Of a stretch of DNA of 61,162 nt, positions 57,554 through 61,162 are shown one piece after another. A program made the position numbers and the translations under genes. The first letter of the stretch is position 1. The number at the start of each line of letters is the position of its first letter. Source of the DNA: a virus (taxonomy: Duplodnaviria; Caudoviricetes); IMG/VR virus record IMGVR_UViG_3300047550_001096, positions 1 to 61,162 of that record; one strand, written 5' to 3'. The notes beneath the pieces are model-generated. The model saw nothing but the letters and a program-made list of their open reading frames with translations. It ran no database searches and was not told the origin of the DNA.

Positions 57554-58924
57554 TTAAACCTTTGATACTGATAGTGAAATAGTTGCTTTTGTAACAGATG
57601 TTACGCTATCAACGTTAAATGCAAGAATATCTCCAGAAGATATTGATGTAGTCCAACCAGTTAAGGTTGAACTTTGACCCTTAGTAGCAGTAGTTGTTAA
57701 TGGTTTTGCAGAACCAGTAATTGTATCTGCTACAGTTGGAGGGTAGTTAGCATAAGTATCTTTCCAAATATCAATAGTAATAGAACCAGATACATCATTT
57801 AATACTGTCCACTTTGTAATAGTACATCCAAATGGTATTTCTAAATATCCTTTAAGACCTGTTGTAATTACAGATCCGCCACCATCAATAATAAATGTAA
57901 TAGTTCCATCTGCTACACCTCTTGTACCTTGAATACCAGTTGTGCCTTGTAATCCTTGTAATCCCGTAGTTCCTTGAGTTCCAGTTGAACCCTGTGTACC
58001 AGTTGTGCCTTGTGAACCAGTTGTACCTTGTGGTCCTTGTGTTCCTTGAATACCAGCAACGCTAAATGTCCAGGCTGCAAAAGTACCAGATCCACCGAAA
58101 ACATCAGCGTTAATCGTAATGCTTGTATCTGCAGTAATTGATGTAATAGAACCTTCAACATAGTTAGATGGTGTTGCTGTATTTGCTGCACGAACACGCT
58201 CTCCTAACTGAAATGCACCAGTATTTGAAACTGTAAATGTTTTAGAGCCTGTTCCAATAGCAACAGATGTTGATGATGTAACTCCTAAAAATGAACGACC
58301 TTGGATTCCTTGAGTACCCTGAGTTCCAGTAGAACCCTGAGTTCCTGTAGTTCCTTGAATACCTTGATCCCCAGTTCTAGAAAAAACTACTGATAATGAT
58401 CCAGTATTAGTAGGAAGTGATCCAGAAACATATGAAACTGGTATCTTATAATATCCAGTAGCTCCACCAGTTGGAGTTACTGCTCCAGTAACTGTAAAAA
58501 CATTGAATGTAGTAGAGCCAACACTAGTTCCTAGCAAATATATTGTTCCACGAGTTGCAGTAGTTGTTGAATCATCCCAAGTATCATACCAACCAGTTTG
58601 TGTATTTCCTAAAGAATCAAGATTATCTATATATATAAAACTAACAGAAGACATTGTTCCACTGTTATATCTAATTATTCCATTTCCAGGATCTGAATCA
58701 GTAGTTGTAGTACTAAATGCATATGGGACACCACCGCTACCGCTTGGTCCAACTGTCCCTTGAATACCAGATGCATAGGCTAAAGAATTCCAGCTAGTAG
58801 ACCCATTTCCTACTTTAAATTTACCAGTATCTGTTTCATATCCTGGTTCTCCAGCAGCCAATAATGTATTAGCAGCTGTCCATTGTGCTGCTGTACCTCG
58901 TCTATACTGAATTTGAATTGGCAT
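57554..58924 (-). CDS. Collagen-like tail fibre with Mtd-N-like N-terminal domain
   Basis: IQYRRGTAAQW...LAAGEPGYETDTGKFKVGNG..WNSL.Y; globular domains separated by G-X-Y runs. Confidence 0.8.
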   Translation of the reverse strand: MPIQIQYRRGTAAQWTAANTLLAAGEPGYETDTGKFKVGNGSTSWNSLAYASGIQGTVGPSGSGGVPYAFSTTTTDSDPGNGIIRYNSGTMSSVSFIYIDNLDSLGNTQTGWYDTWDDSTTTATRGTIYLLGTSVGSTTFNVFTVTGAVTPTGGATGYYKIPVSYVSGSLPTNTGSLSVVFSRTGDQGIQGTTGTQGSTGTQGTQGIQGRSFLGVTSSTSVAIGTGSKTFTVSNTGAFQLGERVRAANTATPSNYVEGSITSITADTSITINADVFGGSGTFAAWTFSVAGIQGTQGPQGTTGSQGTTGTQGSTGTQGTTGLQGLQGTTGIQGTRGVADGTITFIIDGGGSVITTGLKGYLEIPFGCTITKWTVLNDVSGSITIDIWKDTYANYPPTVADTITGSAKPLTTTATKGQSSTLTGWTTSISSGDILAFNVDSVTSVTKATISLSVSKV

Positions 58925-58941
58925 TTTTTCTCCTCAACCTA

Positions 58942-61161
58942 TTATACAGTACCTGCATCAATTAGTGACATACCGCCATAATCTGAGTCTGGCGCTCCAC
59001 CATCAAGATTTCCCAAAGTATGAATAGCATTTCCTTGTTCAACCCAGAAATTATCATAATATAAAAATGTTTTAGTAGTATCTGATTCAAACCAAACAGT
59101 TCCTTGTACTGGAGATGAAGGTGGAGTATCTGATACAGTTAGACTTGATCCGCCACTTCCAGAAATACCTTGAGTACCCTGTGATCCAGTTGTTCCCTGT
59201 ATACCAGTTGTACCTTGTGTTCCAGTTCCAGTTAGCCCTTGTGAACCAGTTGTGCCTTGAGAACCTGTTGTACCCTGTGAACCTGTGGATCCCTGTGTTC
59301 CAGTGGTTCCCTGTGAACCCTGTGTTCCAGTTGTTCCTTGGCTTCCTGTAAATCCTTGTGTACCAGTTGAACCCTGTGAACCTGTTGTTCCCTGTGAACC
59401 AGTTGTGCCCTGAGAGCCAGTTGTTCCTTGTGAACCAGTTGTACCTTGAGAGCCAGTCGCACCTTGTGTTCCAGTTGTACCTTGTGAACCTGTGGATCCC
59501 TGTATTCCAGTAGTTCCCTGTGAACCTTGTGTTCCAGTTGTTCCTTGGCTTCCTGTAAATCCTTGTGTACCAGTTGTTCCTTGAGAACCAGTTGCTCCTT
59601 GTGAACCAGTTGTGCCCTGAGAACCAGTTGTTCCTTGAGAACCAGTTGCTCCTTGTGAACCAGTTGTGCCCTGTGCACCTGTAGTACCTTGTGCACCTGT
59701 AGTACCTTGTGCACCTGTAGTACCTTGAGAACCTGTAGTGCCTTGAGAACCTGTAGTGCCTTGAGAACCTGTAGTGCCCTGTATTCCACGTTCACCAGCT
59801 ATTGAAAATGTCCAAGCAGTAAATGTTCCTGATCCACCTGTTAAATCAACATTTACTGTAATACTTGTATTTGCTGTTAATGCAGTAATTTGACCTTCCA
59901 TATAATTGGCAGGAGTACCTGTATTAATTACACGAACACGTTCTCCAATTACATATGCACCTGTTAATGATGTATTAAATACTTTAGATCCAGTACCAAT
60001 AGCTATTGATGTAGTTGATGTGACACCAGAATAACCTGTTCCTTGTATACCCTGCGTTCCTTGTGAACCTGTTGTTCCCTGTGAACCAGTTGTGCCCTGA
60101 GAGCCAGTTGTTCCTTGAGAACCAGTTGTGCCTTGTGAACCAGTTGCACCCTGTGTTCCAGTTGTGCCTTGTGAACCAGTTGCACCCTGTGTTCCAGTGG
60201 TTCCTTGTGAACCCTGTGTTCCAGTTGTTCCTTGGCTTCCTGTAAATCCTTGTGTACCAGTTGAACCCTGTGAACCTGTTGTTCCCTGTGAACCAGTTGT
60301 GCCCTGAGAGCCAGTTGTTCCTTGTGAACCAGTTGTACCTTGAGAGCCAGTTGAACCCTGTGAGCCTGTTGTTCCCTGTGAGCCAGTTGCACCTTGAGAG
60401 CCAGTTGTTCCTTGTGGTCCAGTTGTTCCTTGAATTCCTGTTGTACCTTGAGATCCAGTTGATCCTTGTGCACCTGTATCACCTTTATCACCAACACGAG
60501 CTAAGGTCATTGCACATAATGTGTTATTTGAAAAACTTGAAACTGTACCAGAAACATATGCTACTGGAACTGTATACCATGTTCCATTATCAGTATGTGT
60601 TCCAACTATTTGATAAAAAACATAATTATCTGTATTATTATGATCAGATAATCTAAATGTTCCTTTTATAGTAGAAGTTGAATCGTCAATTGTTTCTAAT
60701 GCTGCAGAAACATTTGCATTATTTGCATCTATATCATCTATATAAAGCTGTGTAGCTGTTGTTAATGTATTATTAAATCTTATATACCCGCTTCCAGGGT
60801 CTGATGCTGTAGTGGTTGTACTATAGTTATAATCGTATGTTTCACCACCAAAATTACCAGTAGGTCCTTGTATTCCTTGTGAACCTGTTGTTCCCTGTCT
60901 TCCTTGTACTCCTTGTGCGCCAGTTGTACCTTGAGAACCAGTTGTACCTTGAGAACCTGTAGAACCTTGAGAACCTGTAGCACCTTGTGAACCTGTAGCA
61001 CCAGTTGTGCCCTGTGCACCAGTTGTACCCTGTGCACCAGTTGTACCTTGTGAACCAGTTGTACCTTGTGCTCCAGTTGTACCCTGTGCACCTACTGTGC
61101 CTTGTGTGCCAGTTGTGCCTTGTGTACCTTGAGATCCAACTGTTCCTTGTGTACCAACACT
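58942..61161 (-). CDS. Long collagen-like fibre protein, 5' end beyond the window
   Basis: The frame of ORF 58942..60510 stays open to the window edge (hand translation: G-X-Y run, then YNYSTTTTASDPGSGYIRFN domain), so Met at 60510 is internal. Confidence 0.85.
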   Translation of the reverse strand, partial: SVGTQGTVGSQGTQGTTGTQGTVGAQGTTGAQGTTGSQGTTGAQGTTGAQGTTGATGSQGATGSQGSTGSQGTTGSQGTTGAQGVQGRQGTTGSQGIQGPTGNFGGETYDYNYSTTTTASDPGSGYIRFNNTLTTATQLYIDDIDANNANVSAALETIDDSTSTIKGTFRLSDHNNTDNYVFYQIVGTHTDNGTWYTVPVAYVSGTVSSFSNNTLCAMTLARVGDKGDTGAQGSTGSQGTTGIQGTTGPQGTTGSQGATGSQGTTGSQGSTGSQGTTGSQGTTGSQGTTGSQGTTGSQGSTGTQGFTGSQGTTGTQGSQGTTGTQGATGSQGTTGTQGATGSQGTTGSQGTTGSQGTTGSQGTTGSQGTQGIQGTGYSGVTSTTSIAIGTGSKVFNTSLTGAYVIGERVRVINTGTPANYMEGQITALTANTSITVNVDLTGGSGTFTAWTFSIAGERGIQGTTGSQGTTGSQGTTGSQGTTGAQGTTGAQGTTGAQGTTGSQGATGSQGTTGSQGTTGSQGATGSQGTTGTQGFTGSQGTTGTQGSQGTTGIQGSTGSQGTTGTQGATGSQGTTGSQGTTGSQGTTGSQGTTGSQGSTGTQGFTGSQGTTGTQGSQGTTGTQGSTGSQGTTGSQGTTGSQGLTGTGTQGTTGIQGTTGSQGTQGISGSGGSSLTVSDTPPSSPVQGTVWFESDTTKTFLYYDNFWVEQGNAIHTLGNLDGGAPDSDYGGMSLIDAGTV
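59291..60351. repeat. 167-bp direct repeat (59291-59457 and 60185-60351, one mismatch) within GTTGSQ-coding repeats
   Basis: Aligned by eye; copies are 894 bp apart (in frame). A partial third copy lies near 59513-59576. Confidence 0.8.
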
Positions 61162-61162
61162 A

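Noticed and set aside
57554-58924. Diversity-generating retroelement suggested by the Mtd-N-like domain
   Set aside because: No reverse transcriptase and no TR/VR pair with adenine-specific mismatches in the window.
59115-61091. Off-frame ORFs with VHKVQL/VLKEQL repeats (59232..59795, 60003..60497, 60780..61091)
   Set aside because: Alternative frames of the collagen repeat DNA; the G-X-Y frame is continuous.
59170-61162. Possible CRISPR array, given the Cas4-like gene
   Set aside because: Repeats are degenerate 9/18-bp coding units without unique spacers; no cas1/cas2.
1-61162. Stop-codon reassignment
   Set aside because: Standard code gives full-length genes at high density, and TAA, TAG and TGA all end genes.
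1-61162. Integrase, repressor or prophage boundary
   Set aside because: No integrase, att-like site or host housekeeping block in the window; lifestyle cannot be determined from this segment.

Overview
A 61-kb, AT-rich segment of a large tailed dsDNA phage, probably a siphovirus (3060-aa tape measure, tail tube, no sheath seen). The host is probably a freshwater actinobacterium (inference). Nearly all genes are on the minus strand. In transcription order (right to left) they are: collagen-like fibre genes, class II ribonucleotide reductase, head genes (portal, protease/scaffold, major capsid), neck/tail genes, tape measure, tail tip, a bacterial-type replisome (DnaB, DnaG, SSB, DnaE, RecA), nucleases, terminase, and an accessory block (secreted surface protein, HslV-like protease, Hsp20, HNH, CHAP endolysin, GT61). 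A three-gene plus-strand island (propeller glycosidase-like, TPR-like, FkbM) is the only exception. The most unusual observations are: (1) a stand-alone 70-aa gene copying the N-terminal arm of the major capsid protein; (2) a basic ~325-aa cargo domain inside the tape measure protein, bracketed by two copies of a ~55-aa motif; (3) tail chaperones G and G-T apparently made by gene duplication rather than frameshifting; (4) a ~80-nt structured RNA candidate with its own promoter; (5) a ROSE-like RNA thermometer in front of phage hsp20. All calls come from reading motifs by eye; no database search was run.
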